Below, piece after piece: positions 47,037 to 60,928 of a stretch of 64,000 bases of DNA; positions within the stretch are counted from its first letter, which is position 1; each line of letters starts with the position of its first letter. The translations under genes and the position numbers were made by a program. The notes beneath the pieces were generated by a model. That model searched no databases and was not told the DNA's origin. It was given only the letters and a program-made list of their open reading frames with translations. The DNA comes from Macrostomum hystrix (Eukaryota; Animalia; Platyhelminthes): the NCBI GenBank assembly GCA_950097015.1, contig CATNEN010000014.1, positions 806,001 to 870,000 on the forward strand. Reading direction: 5' to 3'.

Positions 47037-50024
47037 GCCGGGGCAGCTTCGAGCAGTCAAAGGGGTGGCTCGAAATTCAGCGGCTCCAAGAGCCGGAAGT
47101 CCATCCGGGCTGTCAACAGAGGTGGGAGCGAGGTGCACAGCAGCAGCGACAGCGAGGACTTGGAGGTGACGTGGGTCTCCCAGGTGAGCCCACTGATGGG
47201 CCGGAACTGGCTCAGGGGCATCCGGCTGGACTGGAAGGAGATCTTCGCGATCAGCAGCCCAACGGTGCCGGCCACCACCTCCAGCCTCGCCACGCCGCCA
47301 GAACTGGACGGCCTGCTGCAGGAGTTCGCAGATGCGTTCCAGCCGGGCTTGGGTAACTTCACACGGCACAGCGTGAAGCTACGGCTGCAGGAGGACGCTC
47401 AGCCGAGGTTCTGCAAGGCCCGGCCTGTCCCGTACGCTCTGAAGTCCAAGATCGAGGCAGAGCTGCAACGGATGCAGGAGGCGGGGGTTGTCGAGCCGGT
47501 GCTGCACAGCGACTGGGCGACACCGGTGGTGCCCGTCAGCAAGCCAAACGGGGCCCTTAGGCTGTGCGGTGACTACAAGGTCACGCTGAACCCACAGCTG
47601 AAGACCGACAACTACCCAATGCCGACGCCAGAAGAACTCTACGACGCGGTCGGCGGCGGCAGGATCTTCTCCAAGCTGGACCTGTTTGAGTGCTACCTGC
47701 AGTTTCCGCTGGACCAGGCCAGCCAGGACCTGACCACCATCAACACCCACAAGGTCTTGTTCCGGTTCAAGCGACTGCCGTACGGGGTCAGCTCAGCGCC
47801 AGCGCTCTGCCAGCAGATCATGGAATCCGTGCTTCAGGGCACCAGCTCGACGTGTTGCAGGATCGACGACATCCTGGTGGCCGGCAAGGGCACGGCCGAT
47901 CACCTCAACAACCTGCGGGAGGTGCTGAGCCGCCTGCGCAGCGCGGGCCTCCGACTCAAAGTGGAGAAGTGCCGGTTCTTCGAGAGCGAGGTGGAGTACC
48001 TTGGCTCACTCATTAGCGTTGAGGGGGTCCGGAAGAGCCCCAAGAAGGTCGAGGCCATCAGGGCCAGCCCGAAGCCAGCCACCGTGTCCGAGCTGCGGTC
48101 GTTCCTCGGCCTGGCCAACTATTACGCCAAGCACGTCGCCAACTTCTCTACGAAAGCGGCCCCGCTGTACGAACTCCTCCGAAAGGACACCGCGTGGGAC
48201 TGGACCGCGCGCCAGCAGTCAGCCTGGGAGGCACTGAAAGAGGCCCTCTCGTCGGACACCGTTCTGACCTGCTACAACCCTGACTGGCCGCTGGTGCTGG
48301 CCGTGGACGCCTCCTCTGTTGGCATCGGAGCCGTTATCTCCCACGTGGCGCCCGACGGAACTGAGAAACCGATCGCCTTCGCCTCCAGGAGCCTGAATGC
48401 TGCGGAGAAGAACTACGCCCAGATCGAGAAGGAGGCGCTGGCGATCATCTTCGGCGTCAAGAAATTTCACAATTACATTTACGGCCAGAAGATCACTATC
48501 ATCACCGACCACCAGCCGCTGACGAGCATCTTCGGCCCGAAAACCGGCGTCTCGGCGACGGCGGCAGCGCGCCTGCAGCGGTGGGCACTCACCCTGGCCG
48601 CTTACGACTACGACATCAGCTATAGGAACACAAGCCACCACGGCAACGCGGACTTTCTGTCGAGGCTACCCCTAGCGACCAAGGCGGAGTCAGCGGACCC
48701 AAGCGGCATGTGCTGGACCGACGAAGAGCGGCCAGGTAGCGAGGACTGGCCGCTGCTGGCCAGGGACATCGCCAGAGCCAGCCGCCGCGACGTCGACCTG
48801 CAGAAGGTTTAGCGGTTCATACAGGATGACTGGCCGCGCACCTGGCGCGCCTCCCAGGAGCCGTACCACCGACGGCGGCACGAGCTCAGCCTGGAGGATG
48901 GCTGCCTGCTGTGGGGTTCGCGGCTTGTCATTCCCCCAGCCCTGCGGCCTCGAGTGCTGCAGGAGTTGCACACGGATCACACTGGAGTCGTCAGAATGAA
49001 GTCGGTGGCGCGCAGCTTCGTGTGGTGGCCCGGCCTGGACCAGGACATCGAGCGGACGGCCAGCGCCTGCAGCCAGTGCCAACAGACGCGACCGGAGATG
49101 AAAGCGCCGCTACACCCCTGGATCTGGCCGGACCAGCCGTGGGAGCGGATCCACGTGGATTTTGCGGGTCCCATGGAAGGCCAGATTTACCTCCTGGTGG
49201 TGGACGCGCATTCCAAGTGGCCGCACGTGGAGCGAGTCGGTGGCCAGACGAGCGCCGAAGTCGTCAAGCGGCTTCGGCGACTGTTTGCGCAGTGGGGGCT
49301 GCCACGCCAGATCGTGTCCGACAACGGACCGGCATTTGCTAGTGCGGAGTTCCACGACTTCTGCAAGAGCAACGGCATCCAGCATATCCGCAGCAGCCCG
49401 TACCACCCGAAGACCAACGGCTTGGTGGAGCGCCTGGTAGGCAGCTTCAAGCGGGCCATGAAGTCCAGCCGGGAGGACGCGGGGGATGCCGACAGACGGC
49501 TGCAGAACTGGCTGCTCGGCTACCGCGCTACGGAACACCCGACCACTGGCCGGGCCCCGGCACAGCTCCTGCTCGGCCGCGGTCTGCGCACCCGCATGGA
49601 CCTGATGCGGCCATCGACTCGAGACCGAGTGCTGCGGGCCCAGGCCACGCAGAAGCAGCTCCACGACCGCACAGCTCGCCACGCCGACTACCTACCGGAC
49701 CAGGTGTGGGCCCGAGACTACCGCCGCGGCGCCGAACGGTGGGCGGAGGGCCGGGTTGCAGAGCAGACCGGGCTGCTCAGCAACCGAGTGGAGACCAACG
49801 ACGGCGTCATCGAGCGGCGGCAAGCCGATCAGCTGCGGCCGCGAATTCCACAGGAGCAGCCTGCAGGCGTCGCCGATGTGACAGCTGACAGAACCGGCGA
49901 AATGGAGGCCGCCGACATTGGTGCGGAGGCCGGCGGGTTGCTGCCGGCGCGTCAGTCACTGCGGACGCGGCAAGAGCCGGACCGGTTGCTGTACACTGAG
50001 CTGTGGACTCCGAGAATGAACTAA
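47037..50024 (+). CDS. Outer Gypsy Pol (RT-RH-IN); protease core missing; in-frame TAG at 48810-48812
   Basis: RIDD RT, VDASS RH, IHVDFAGP / SDNGPAF integrase; ORFs 46923 and 48954 are in the same frame. Confidence 0.9.
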
Positions 50025-51361
50025 AAACTGCGGCCATTCTTGCGGGAGGGGGAAAACTGTAGTGTTTGCTTCGAACTCTTTGTGTGCGATCCGAACCCTT
50101 GTCTGCCCGTACCCAGAGTACAGTACGCTATCTTTCTCTCCCCACCCCCAAACAGGCGGAGGCATGTTGGGAAGTCTCCCCTCCCGGGAGCAAGGTAAAT
50201 ATAGTGGCCGCATGGCTGCGGTGAATCACGGCAAGCGAAGCTTAGCCACTACGAGGCTTCTCACGGACACACACTGTTCAGCTTTCTTATTTGGAGTCCG
50301 ACTCCACACTGGTCACCTAAGAAATAGTTTGAGCAAATATTAGAGTCTCTTCCAATAAAGAGATACGCAACAGAATTAGGGACATGCTTTTTGGTTTCAG
50401 GCGTCATAGTGCTTTCGAAGTCGGCGTACACTATAAACGGGAGCTTCTCCATCTTGTGACAACTCTTAAATCTGAGATGCTTATTATCACCTCTTGGAAG
50501 TGAGCAGTTGGTTGGATGATCTTCACAGGTCATGCACTCTAAGTTTTTCATCACGATCGGGTCCACTATTGTGCTTCAGACAAAGACGGCAGATTGCTAC
50601 CGGTTCACGATGATTGTTCATTTGCTTGTGGAGGAGCATGGAAAGATCTTTGATCCAAACATACTGGGCATTTTCTTGGGAGCTTTGGCGGGAGGTCAAT
50701 ATATGATGAGGCTTTGAGAGGGTCATATTTCATTATCATTACTGTAGCTTTTCTAATTCCTGCAACAACCCAACCTGATCCTCTGGATGTAAAGGCGTCA
50801 GTATTTTTACTGATCCTTCAAGAAATGGATCCTGTGTGTCAGTGGGAGTAAAGGGTAGCGCTTTAGTAGTCATGTAGTATTGAAGACGCTTCGTAGGTTT
50901 TTTGGGCATGTCAAATTCAATCTTGAATGATAACTGAAGGGTGAAGGTCTTACGTGACTTCAGTGTGTGATCAGTAACTGATTGGATTGTCTTTGAAGTC
51001 GTAAATGTCTGTAAGGGAATCTGTAGTGGGTTGGGAATTTTCGGGGTTGTGATTTCTCCAGTATTGTAGTAGTAAATGTATATAGCTGGCTCTGTGTTGT
51101 GGATTGCGAACTCAATATAATGCTCTGTAATTTTTCTTTGTGCAAATGTCTTCAGTTTGTAGTTCTGACTCCGCCTTGGTGGATTGTACGTTCTAGATTT
51201 TCCTGTTCCTGCTTGTTTTGGGGATATTTACAAGTCTGACCTGTGAGAGTCTGATATCTGTTGACTAAGCTGCGGCTCTTTTGTTGGTGTTCAGTCGCCG
51301 GCTTCTTCACCGGTGTGTACTGCTCTGAAGACTGAAGCTGTTTAATAATTTCTTGCTGCAT

Positions 51362-54300
51362 TGCATAGCTCCCGAGCTAGCATGGATCTGTATTTAATTG
51401 CTGCTTACAGAGCTCTTGCAGAACTTTACTTCTATAGTCACGAGACGGCGGTGCAACTGGCTACAGAAACTATCGATCGAGCGCATAGCAGCTACCCAGT
51501 TCGAGATGCCAATTACATCCGTAGCAAAATAGACTACCGCATCAGCACCAACGGCAATGTTGACAGAAGTCGTGCTAGCCGCTATCGAATCAGCAACGAG
51601 TACGACTACAACAAAAGAGACCGCAAAAACTTTATAAGTGGCTATCGCGCCAATATCGAGCCCAGCAACTACCGCAGAAGTAGCTTTGCGTACCGCAACG
51701 GATACCAACAAGTTGGTGTCAGGCGCATCGATGACCGCCAGTTTCGTTGCGTCGATTAAGACCGCCTGCCCAAGCCTGTGCGGCAACAACTTCAATCGCC
51801 GGTGGGGTGGAGGAGTCATTTAGCTGCTCAGCTCGAGTCCTCTAACCCCTTTGCCTAATAACTTTCTATTTTTGATACCGTCAATCCCATACCGCGCAAC
51901 AGGTTTTGAAGGTTTTGAACCCGTCGTGACTGGCTCTAAGGACTACTACTCCCTCTTTCAATGTTAACTTCTACGCTAAATTTTAACTCCCGAATAGTCT
52001 CTGAAACACAGGGCAGCTGCGAAAAGAAGGTTGCTTATAATAAGTCAGAGTTGATTATCACCAGTTGGAACATAGATGGACTGATGATCAGTGGAGAATG
52101 CAAAATGGAGTCACCAAGTTTCCACGAACATATTAGGAATAGAGACATAGTTTTCCTCTGTGAGACCCACGCCAAACAGGAGCAGCTAGACTCAAACACG
52201 CTGATAGATTTCACCTGCTTTGGAGCAGATGGAATCAAGGCAAGGGGAGTCAACAAAGGTAGGTTATCAAACGGCATGGTTTACCTCGTAAAAAATAATA
52301 TTGCAAAGAGAACCACATTAGTGCACAAATCTGACTTCGCTCTGGTACTAAAAATAAAGCAAAAGCAGTCTGAAGAACCCCTGTATATCTTAGGGTGCTA
52401 TATCCCACCGGAAAATTATAAATACTACAAGGAAGATATATGGGAGGAGATTAAATATCTCATCCAGCTCTTCTCAAGAGAGGGCTCCGTATTAACAGTA
52501 GGTGATTTCAATGCACGAACTGGCACATTACAGTCCAGCACTAGGGATAAGTTTCCCAGACAGAATCAGGACTCTGAGAAAAACAAGCATGGACTAAGAC
52601 TGATGGAAATGTGCTCCGAGACCAAGAGCACGATTCTGAACGGAATGACTCAGGGTGACATTATGGGAAATTACACTTTTAGTAGCACACTAGGCCGAAG
52701 TACCATAGACTACGCTATTGCATCCATGGATAAAGTAGATACTATAAAAGACTTCTTTATTCATCCTCAAAGCTTTCTGTCCAGACATTGCCCGCTAACA
52801 GTCACTCTGATTTTTCCTGATCATGTCCAACCCGAACACGCAAACCAGGAAAAACATGAATCCTTCCCAATGCCTCCAAGATGGGACACTGAAACGCAGG
52901 GAAGTTACATTGAGGCATTGAATAACAAACAAAGCGAAGAAATAATTAGAAAGTTGCAATCTATTGACGCACACGATGGAAAATCCCTGGAAAATTTGTT
53001 CTCGAGCTTGACCAACCTGCTTAGAGACTCAGCGGCAGAAAGCTGCGCAAAGACAATCATTCCGAATTAGTTCTGGACAAATCGAGATGAGACCCTAAGA
53101 AACTTGAGCAAATCATTAAAGTACGTGGCCAGGAAAAAAAGACGTAGACCAACTGACAGTGCGCTGGCATGAGAATATAATGGGCTAGCAAAAACATACA
53201 AACAACAGCTCAAGAAACTTAAGCAGATGGACATAAATGACTGCATTCAGAAAATGGCGGCTAACGGAACCTCAAAGGGATTCTGGTCCGGTCTTAGAAG
53301 AGCAGAAGATTTGCTGTTCCCCAGCAGGAGACTTAACAGATCTCAAGCCCCAATCGCTGACATCGCGAACAACCTAACCAAAGTATTTAACGCACATCCT
53401 TCTTCGGGAACCCAGCCGCATCGCACAGATGAAGCGGTTAGTCCCGAAGATTTAATTAGCTGTGTAGATCTCGACAGAGCAGTTAAAAAGCAAAAGAGAA
53501 GAAAGGCTGCAGGAATAGATGGTATAACAAATGAGCACATTATCTACGGACAAGAGAAGCTAAAACCCGTACCTCTGAAGCTTTTTAACGCAAGCGTAAG
53601 ACTCGGCCAGACTCCTGCACAGTGGTCAAATGCCCTAATCACACCGATTTATAAAAAGGGATCCCGTAGTGACCCCAAAAACTACAGACCCATAAGCGTG
53701 CTGCCTGCCCTGGCTCGCCTGTTTGCCTCACTTATCTATGAAAAGCTAGAAACTCATATTCGCACCCTCGACTTGCTTTCAGCCAGTCAAATAGGAAATA
53801 GAAAGGGCTACCGAACTTCAGACCACATTGCCACTCTCTTGTCGTTGATCCACAACAAAAAGCGTCGCAAAAGACCATTTCACTTAGTATTCTTTGACTT
53901 AAAAAACGCATTTGACATGGTCCACCATCCAACACTTTTCCAACGATCGACTTAGGGAGTTAAAGGTCAGCCCAGAAATAATCGAAGCAATACAAAACAC
54001 GTACTCAGGAGCTAAATTTCAACTGAAGATCTCAGATGGCCAAGCAACTAAGGCAAGGAGCATAACAAATGGAGTAAGACAAGGCTGTCCCCTATCCCCT
54101 CTACTCTTCTCACTCTATATAGATCCTTTGAGCACAATGCTAAGGGATTCATTAGCAGCGACACCTTCATTAAAGATGAACAAATCAACAACTTGCTATA
54201 CTGCGATGATCTAGTGATCTTTGGAGAGAATCCTCGAGAGCTGCAGAAGGGCCTCGATAAAGTGTCAGAATTTAGTCAGAGCCACAAGCTAGAAATCAAT

Positions 54301-55610
54301 ATGCAAAAAACTAAGGTTATTAGCTGTTGCCCTGACCCATCAAAGACGGCTAACAAACTATTTCTGCAGGGACAACTGTTAGATGGCGTCAAAGAATGGA
54401 AATATCTTGGCTTTCACATCAATGCTAAAGGAACCGTGGATTCCCATGCCACAGAGATTAACAAAAAATGTGGATACCCTATTCTTCTCTTAAGGAAATT
54501 AGATAGCCATGGGGCGGTCAGATACAATCAGCTCATGCTGTACTGCACAGCAATGATAGAAAGCATAGCTCTGTACGCCTCCGAGGCCTGGGGGGCTTTT
54601 GTCTCGTGGAACCTGGGTCCTTGGGACCGCTGTCTTGTGGAAAGGGTAAACATCAGGTGCTGTAAAGCCATACTACAAGTCAGCCAAAATACGGATGGCA
54701 ACGGGGCCCGCTCGGAGTTAGGCAGATTGCCTTTATTATACAACATCCAGAAAAGAAGCATTTCGTACTGGGCCTCCATAACAAGCCGGCCGGACTCCAT
54801 AATTTTCAAGTTATTGGCGGACCCAACATACAGTGATGTTGGAATCAAAACAAAGACCAACAATGACGTTATGCTGAACTGCAGAGGCATTAGTCCCGCA
54901 AAAGCAATTAAAAACCACAGGAAAAAATTCGTTTCTCAGTTTGATACCCATTGGAGACAAAGGACACAGAACTCAAGCAAGCTAAGACACTTCTATTACT
55001 CCTTCAAGCAATAATATTCAGCCGAAAAATATTTAAAGCAAATATACAACCCGGAGTTGAGACGTACCATATCCTCGTTTAGACTAGGAAACCATAAGCT
55101 AGCTTGCGAAACATTGCGAACTGCAAGACCGAAAATTCCGTATGAGAACAGATTATGTAGTAAGTGCAAAACAGAAGTTAAAAACGAGGTCCACTTCCTT
55201 TTTAAGTGCACTTGGAATAAGTATAGCGCAGCACGTTCGAATTTTGAGAAGGAAATTTCTGGGAAAACTCCCAATTCCATATCCTTAACAGCAGAAGAGA
55301 AATCTAACTACATTTGGCTCAAGACGATAGGGAAACCGCTGAAGCTTTAGCAAAATACATCATAGATATCTCTAAAATAAGGGAACAGCTGCCCTGAGAC
55401 TACAAGCTCGTATTAACATTTAACAATATATATATTGTTTTATTCGTGGCGTCCCTTGTGTTTTTACTGCTCTTATTTTTAATACCTTTGCTTGTGCTTT
55501 TCCCTTCCCAGCTCGATAGTGTAATCCAACAAAACTTCGCTTTTTATGTTGTTTTTCGTCGTCCATTGAAATATTTGTCAACAATAATTATTTAGAAAAA
55601 AAGATTTGAC
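51362..55610 (+). mobile_element. Degenerate LINE (APE endonuclease + RT; CR1/L2/RTEX-like)
   Basis: SWNIDGL, LCETH, GDFNAR, STIDY; KNYRPIS, FDLKNAFD, GVRQGCPLSP, YCDD; C-terminal RLCSKC...EVHFLFKC; several stops and frameshifts. Confidence 0.9.
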
Positions 55611-55721
55611 AATCTTTGTCAGGAATCTATAGGCCTTTTTACAGCAAAAAATATTTTATAGGCTGGTCACGCTCAAGTGACGTGTAAAGTATGAGAAATT
55701 AAGGCTAGCATGGATTGAGAA

Positions 55722-58655
55722 GCAGATTCATCAATAGATTCGTCAACTGATTCATCAACTGATTCATCAACTGATTCATCAACAGATTCATCAACTGATT
55801 CGTCAACTGATTCGTCAACTGATTCGTCAACTGATTCATCAACTGATTCATCAACTGATTCATCAATAGATTCGTCAACTGATTCGTCAACTGATTCGTC
55901 AACTGATTCATCAACTAATTCATCAACTAATTCATCAACAGATTCATCAACTGATTCGTCAACAGATTCATCAACAGATTCATCAACAGATTCGTCAACT
56001 GATTCGTCAACTGATTCATCAACTGATTCATCAACAGATTCATCAATAGATTCGTCAACTGATTCATCAACTGATTCATCAACTGATTCATCAACTGATT
56101 CGTCAACTGATTCATCAACAGATTCATCAATAGATTCGTCAACTGATTCATCAACTGATTCATCAACTGATTCATCAATAGATTCGTCAACTGATTCGTC
56201 AACTGATTCGTCAACTGATTCATCAACTAATTCATCAACTAATTCATCAACAAATTCATCAACTGATTCGTCAACAGATTCATCAACAGATTCATCAACA
56301 GATTCGTCAACTGATTCGTCAACTGATTCATCAACTGATTCATCAACAGATTCATCAATAGATTCGTCAACTGATTCATCAACTGATTCATCAACTGATT
56401 CATCAACTGAATTCGTCAACTGATTCATCAACAGATTCATCAACTGATTCGTCAACAGATTCATCAACAGATTCATCAACAGATTCGTCAACTGATTCGT
56501 CAACTGATTCATCAACTGATTCATCAACAGATTCATCAATAGATTCGTCAACTGATTCATCAACTGATTCATCAACTGATTCATCAACTGATTCGTCAAC
56601 TGATTCATCAACAGATTCATCAATAGATTCGTCAACTGATTCATCAACTGTTTCATCAACTGATTCATCAATAGATTCGTCAACTGATTCGTCAACTGAT
56701 TCGTCAACTGATTCATCAACTAATTCATCAACTAATTCATCAACAGATTCATCAACTGATTCGTCAACAGATTCGTCAACTGATTCATCAACTGATTCAT
56801 CAACAGATTCATCAATAGATTCGTCAACTGATTCATCAACTGATTCATCAACTGATTCATCAACTGATTCGTCAACTGATTCATCAACAGATTCATCAAC
56901 TGATTCGTCAACAGATTCATCAACAGATTCATCAACAGATTCGTCAACTGATTCATCAACTGATTCATCAACTGATTCATCAACAGATTCATCAATAGAT
57001 TCGTCAACTGATTCATCAACTGATTCATCAACTGATTCATCAACTGATTCGTCAACTGATTCATCAACAGATTCATCAATAGATTCGTCAACTGATTCAT
57101 CAACTGATTCATCAACTGATTCATCAATAGATTCGTCAACTGATTCGTCAACTGATTCGTCAACTGATTCATCAACTAATTCATCAACTAATTCATCAAC
57201 AGATTCATCAACTGATTCGTCAACAGATTCATCAACAGATTCATCAACAGATTCGTCAACTGATTCGTCAACTGATTCATCAACAGATTCATCAACAGAT
57301 TCGTCAACTGATTCGTCAACTGATTCATCAACTGATTCATCAACTGATTCATCAACTGATTCGTCAACAGATTCATCAACTGATTCGTCAACTGATTCGT
57401 CAACTGATTCATCAACTAATTCATCAACTAATTCATCAACAGATTCATCAACTGATTCGTCAACAGATTCATCAACTGATTCGTCAACAGATTCATCAAC
57501 TGATTCGTCAACTGATTCGTCAACTGATTCATCAACTAATTCATCAACTAATTCATCAACAGATTCGTCAACTGATTCGTCAACTGATTCATCAACTAAT
57601 TCATCAACTAATTCATCAACTAATTCATCAACAGATTCATCAACTGATTCGTCAACTGATTCGTCAACTGATTCATCAACTAATTCATCAACTGATTCAT
57701 CAACTAATTCATCAACTAATTCATCAACTGATTCATCAACAGATTCATCAACTAATTCATCAACAGATTCATCAACTGATTCGTCAACAGATTCATCAAC
57801 AGATTCATCAACAGATTCATCAACAGATTCATCAACTGATTCGTCAACAGATTCATCAACAGATTCATCAACAGATTCATCAACAGATTCATCAACTGAT
57901 TCGTCAACAGATTCATCAACTGATTCGTCAACTGATTCGTCAACTGATTCATCAACTAATTCATCAACTAATTCATCAACAGATTCATCAACTGATTCGT
58001 CAACAGATTCATCAACAGATTCATCAACAGATTCATCAACAGATTCATCAACTGATTCGTCAACAGATTCATCAACAGATTCATCAACAGATTCATCAAC
58101 AGATTCATCAACTGATTCGTCAACAGATTCATCAACTAATTCATCAACAGATTCATCAACTGATTCGTCAACAGATTCATCAACGAATTCATCAACAGAT
58201 TCATCAACTAATTCATCAACTGATTCGTCAACAGATTCATCAACTAATTCATCAACAGATTCATCAACTGATTCGTCAACAGATTCATCAACAGATTCAT
58301 CAACAGATTCATCAACAGATTCATCAACTAATTCATCAACTAATTCATCAACTAATTCATCAATAGATTCATCAACAGATTCATCAACAGATTCATCATC
58401 AGATTCATCAACTGATTCATCAACTGATTCATCAACTAATTCATCAATAGATTCATCAACAGATTCATCAACAGATTCATCAACTAATTCATCAACTGAT
58501 TCATCAACTGATTCATCAACTAATTCATCAACTGATTCATCAACTGATTCATCAACTGATTCATCAACTAATTCATCAACTGATTCATCAACTGATTCGT
58601 GAACTGATTCATCAAATGATTCATCAACTGATTCATCAACTGATTCATCAACTGA
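55722..58655. repeat. 12-bp satellite (attcatcaactg), ~2.9 kb
   Basis: Direct tandem units with internal higher-order blocks. Confidence 0.97.
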
Positions 58656-60085
58656 TGTGGAATCACTGTCTTTTTCTAGCCCTTCAGGTAAGTAAAGGAA
58701 GCGAACGAATTCAGAGTTAGTAAGAATTTCTGGAGAATATATTCCTGCTTATTTAGGAAATGGTGACTGACTACTTTTAGTTGCGTTATTAGTATCAAGT
58801 AGGCGGTCTTGCTTAATTGCTGTAGAAGGCTTTGGTCCGGGCACTTCTATATATAGCAATTTGGACTGGCGACGAAAATAAAACGGTGCCCCGGTTATAC
58901 GCTAGTGTGGCAAGGCATTTGGGTCTAGCTAAAAAATCTATGTTATCTGTTAACGAGTTGAAGGGGGAAACAGGAGGGTTGGGAAGGGGCGGGTGGGGAA
59001 GGGGGTAGGAGAGTGGGGTCAGGGGGGCCTGTACATTCCAGGAAATGTACAGGCTTGGATGTTCAAGCATTGCGGAAGAGTATATAATGCCTTACATCTG
59101 CCTGGCAGAAGATTTTACCGTCACCGATGGAGCCAACGGACTACCACTGAAATCAAGCTTGTTTAGCGACCTACTGTCTGAAGGCAAGGCTTCGACTCTC
59201 AGTCAGCTGTTGAATCTCATGTCGAGAATCAAGAACTGGGCTGAGGATTTCAGCAAGACCGAGTCGGCACCTGAAGCCAAGGCTTCCAGTCTGTTGGATG
59301 CGGTGCAGGATCTTTTGGAGGAGGCAAAAGGGCTAACGGAAAATCGTACCGTAGGTTTTGCCTTGAAGCAGCTGAAGTTAAGCAGGAAGCCTTTGCGTTC
59401 CAGGAGGTACTCCGAGGATCTCGTTGTGTTCTCCTACCTGATCTACTCCACCAGTGCTTCAGCATACAAGAACATGCTTGATCAAGATGCCATCGGCCTT
59501 CCATCTGATCGCACGCTGAGGTCCATCACTGCTCGAGTTGGATCTTCAAGCGGCCTGGATATCGAGGGCTACCTTGCTCTGAGAGCTTCTAAGCTGTCTC
59601 AGCCGGAGATTGCTATATATAGAAGTCCCTGCTTTAGTCCAGTCATTCGAGAAATTTCATTATTGAGTTGATTTATTACAGCTGGGAGCCGGTCTGCCCA
59701 CTTGGTATAGTATTGGCCACTGTTTAGTTTCAGCTGTTCAGCTGTCTGCTTTGTGAAAAGTCTCTTTGCTAAAGTTAGATTGAATCTTTCAACAAAAGCC
59801 TGCAGTCTCTATGGAGCTCAGTTCTTCCGTAGCGTATTTTCGCATTGTTCTTTTCCATCTAGCTTTTAACTGCCCCCATGAATTCTTTGCCGGGATCAGT
59901 CATAAAGGTTTGGGGTATGTGAGTGAGCGGAGAGTTTTTGTAAATGTCTCGGAGGGCAGCTGCAACAGCTGCATCTGATTTCTTAGTCTTAAGTGGTCTC
60001 GCATCTTTGTATCTGGAGGCAATGTCTATAACTGTCAGCGCATACTTGTAGCCTGAGTCATTGGGGAGAAACAGCTAGAAGGTTC
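58656..60085 (-). pseudogene. Second copy of the Polinton integrase remnant
   Basis: Near-identical to 28612-30040 (offset 30044). Confidence 0.85.
58838..59631 (+). mobile_element. Second copy of the P-like non-autonomous element
   Basis: Identical 208-aa ORF; same TIRs and TSD. Confidence 0.8.
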
Positions 60086-60928
60086 AGAGCATTATCGAGT
60101 AGAGTCGCGTTGTTGTTCTTGTGTTGAGGTTATCGAGATTTTGTTAAGTGGGTTACCAGTGCGAATTGTGAATTGAATATTGAATTGAATCAAGTACAGT
60201 ACCTGGCAGGGGAATTAATCGTTCATTGCTTTCTCTTGTTAACTAATTAACACTTAAATATCAGCTGTTTAGCTTGGGCTTTTGAATCGTCTTGTCTTCG
60301 TTATTTTCGAGTTACGGCAATAGAGTCTCTCGCAAAGAGTAGGACACCCGACCTCATTTAGGAATCTCAACGCAAAGAGAGACCTAAGTCAAAATATCAG
60401 AAGCGCATACAATCTTAGCCTGAGCCGAGGCCGGACAACGTAATTTTGCGTCACATTGAAAGCTTCCATAGAAACTGAAAAAATTCCATCAAATGCCAGT
60501 TTTCATTCGAATATTTTATATTTGTACAAAAGAAAGTCTTTGTTGTACTATATTTTTCAAAGTTTTGAGCATATTGCCGTGTTGTTGTTCACTACAACCG
60601 AGCGAACATTTCTATTCAACGTCCTTTGTCCTACAAAACATTACAATTGCGACGAAAAGAAATTTCAAACGGAGAAAGAAAATACTTTGAAATGTTTACA
60701 TTTCTACCGAGCAGAAAGTAGCATAAAATACCTACAACTAAAGTTTACTTGAGTGGGTCTCGTGATGTTTAAATAAAACAGAGAAATAATTGAGTCGTTT
60801 GTCATGCGTTTAAGTCATTCGAGAGGCGTTTTAGTCTGGAGAGAGGCATTTTAGTACTTCGAGAGGCATTTGAGTCATTGCATTGTTTGCAAAATTTAAA
60901 GGCTGCATTTTCAAACTAAGGCTGTGAC

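Larger units (their letters stand above)
41450..50308 (+). mobile_element. Outer Ty3/Gypsy LTR retrotransposon
   Basis: 251-bp LTRs 41450-41700 and 50058-50308 (TG..CA, about 2 differences), PBS tggcgacgag, PPT gggaggggga, TSD caggt/ctggt. Confidence 0.95.
39900..50950 (-). pseudogene. Polinton protein-primed DNA polymerase B, split by the Gypsy insertion at 41450-50308
   Basis: LPFIVYADFES, DSFQFL, RKKCFYPYEW, YLLTDVFLLADVFETFRK, YTDTDS, KGIAKHVV; hand translation suggests the frame rejoins across the LTR element (YFLGD|LFVEQF). Confidence 0.9.

Noticed and set aside
41420-50213. Numerous antisense and alternative-frame ORFs over the Gypsy elements
   Set aside because: Shadow ORFs of GC-rich coding sequence
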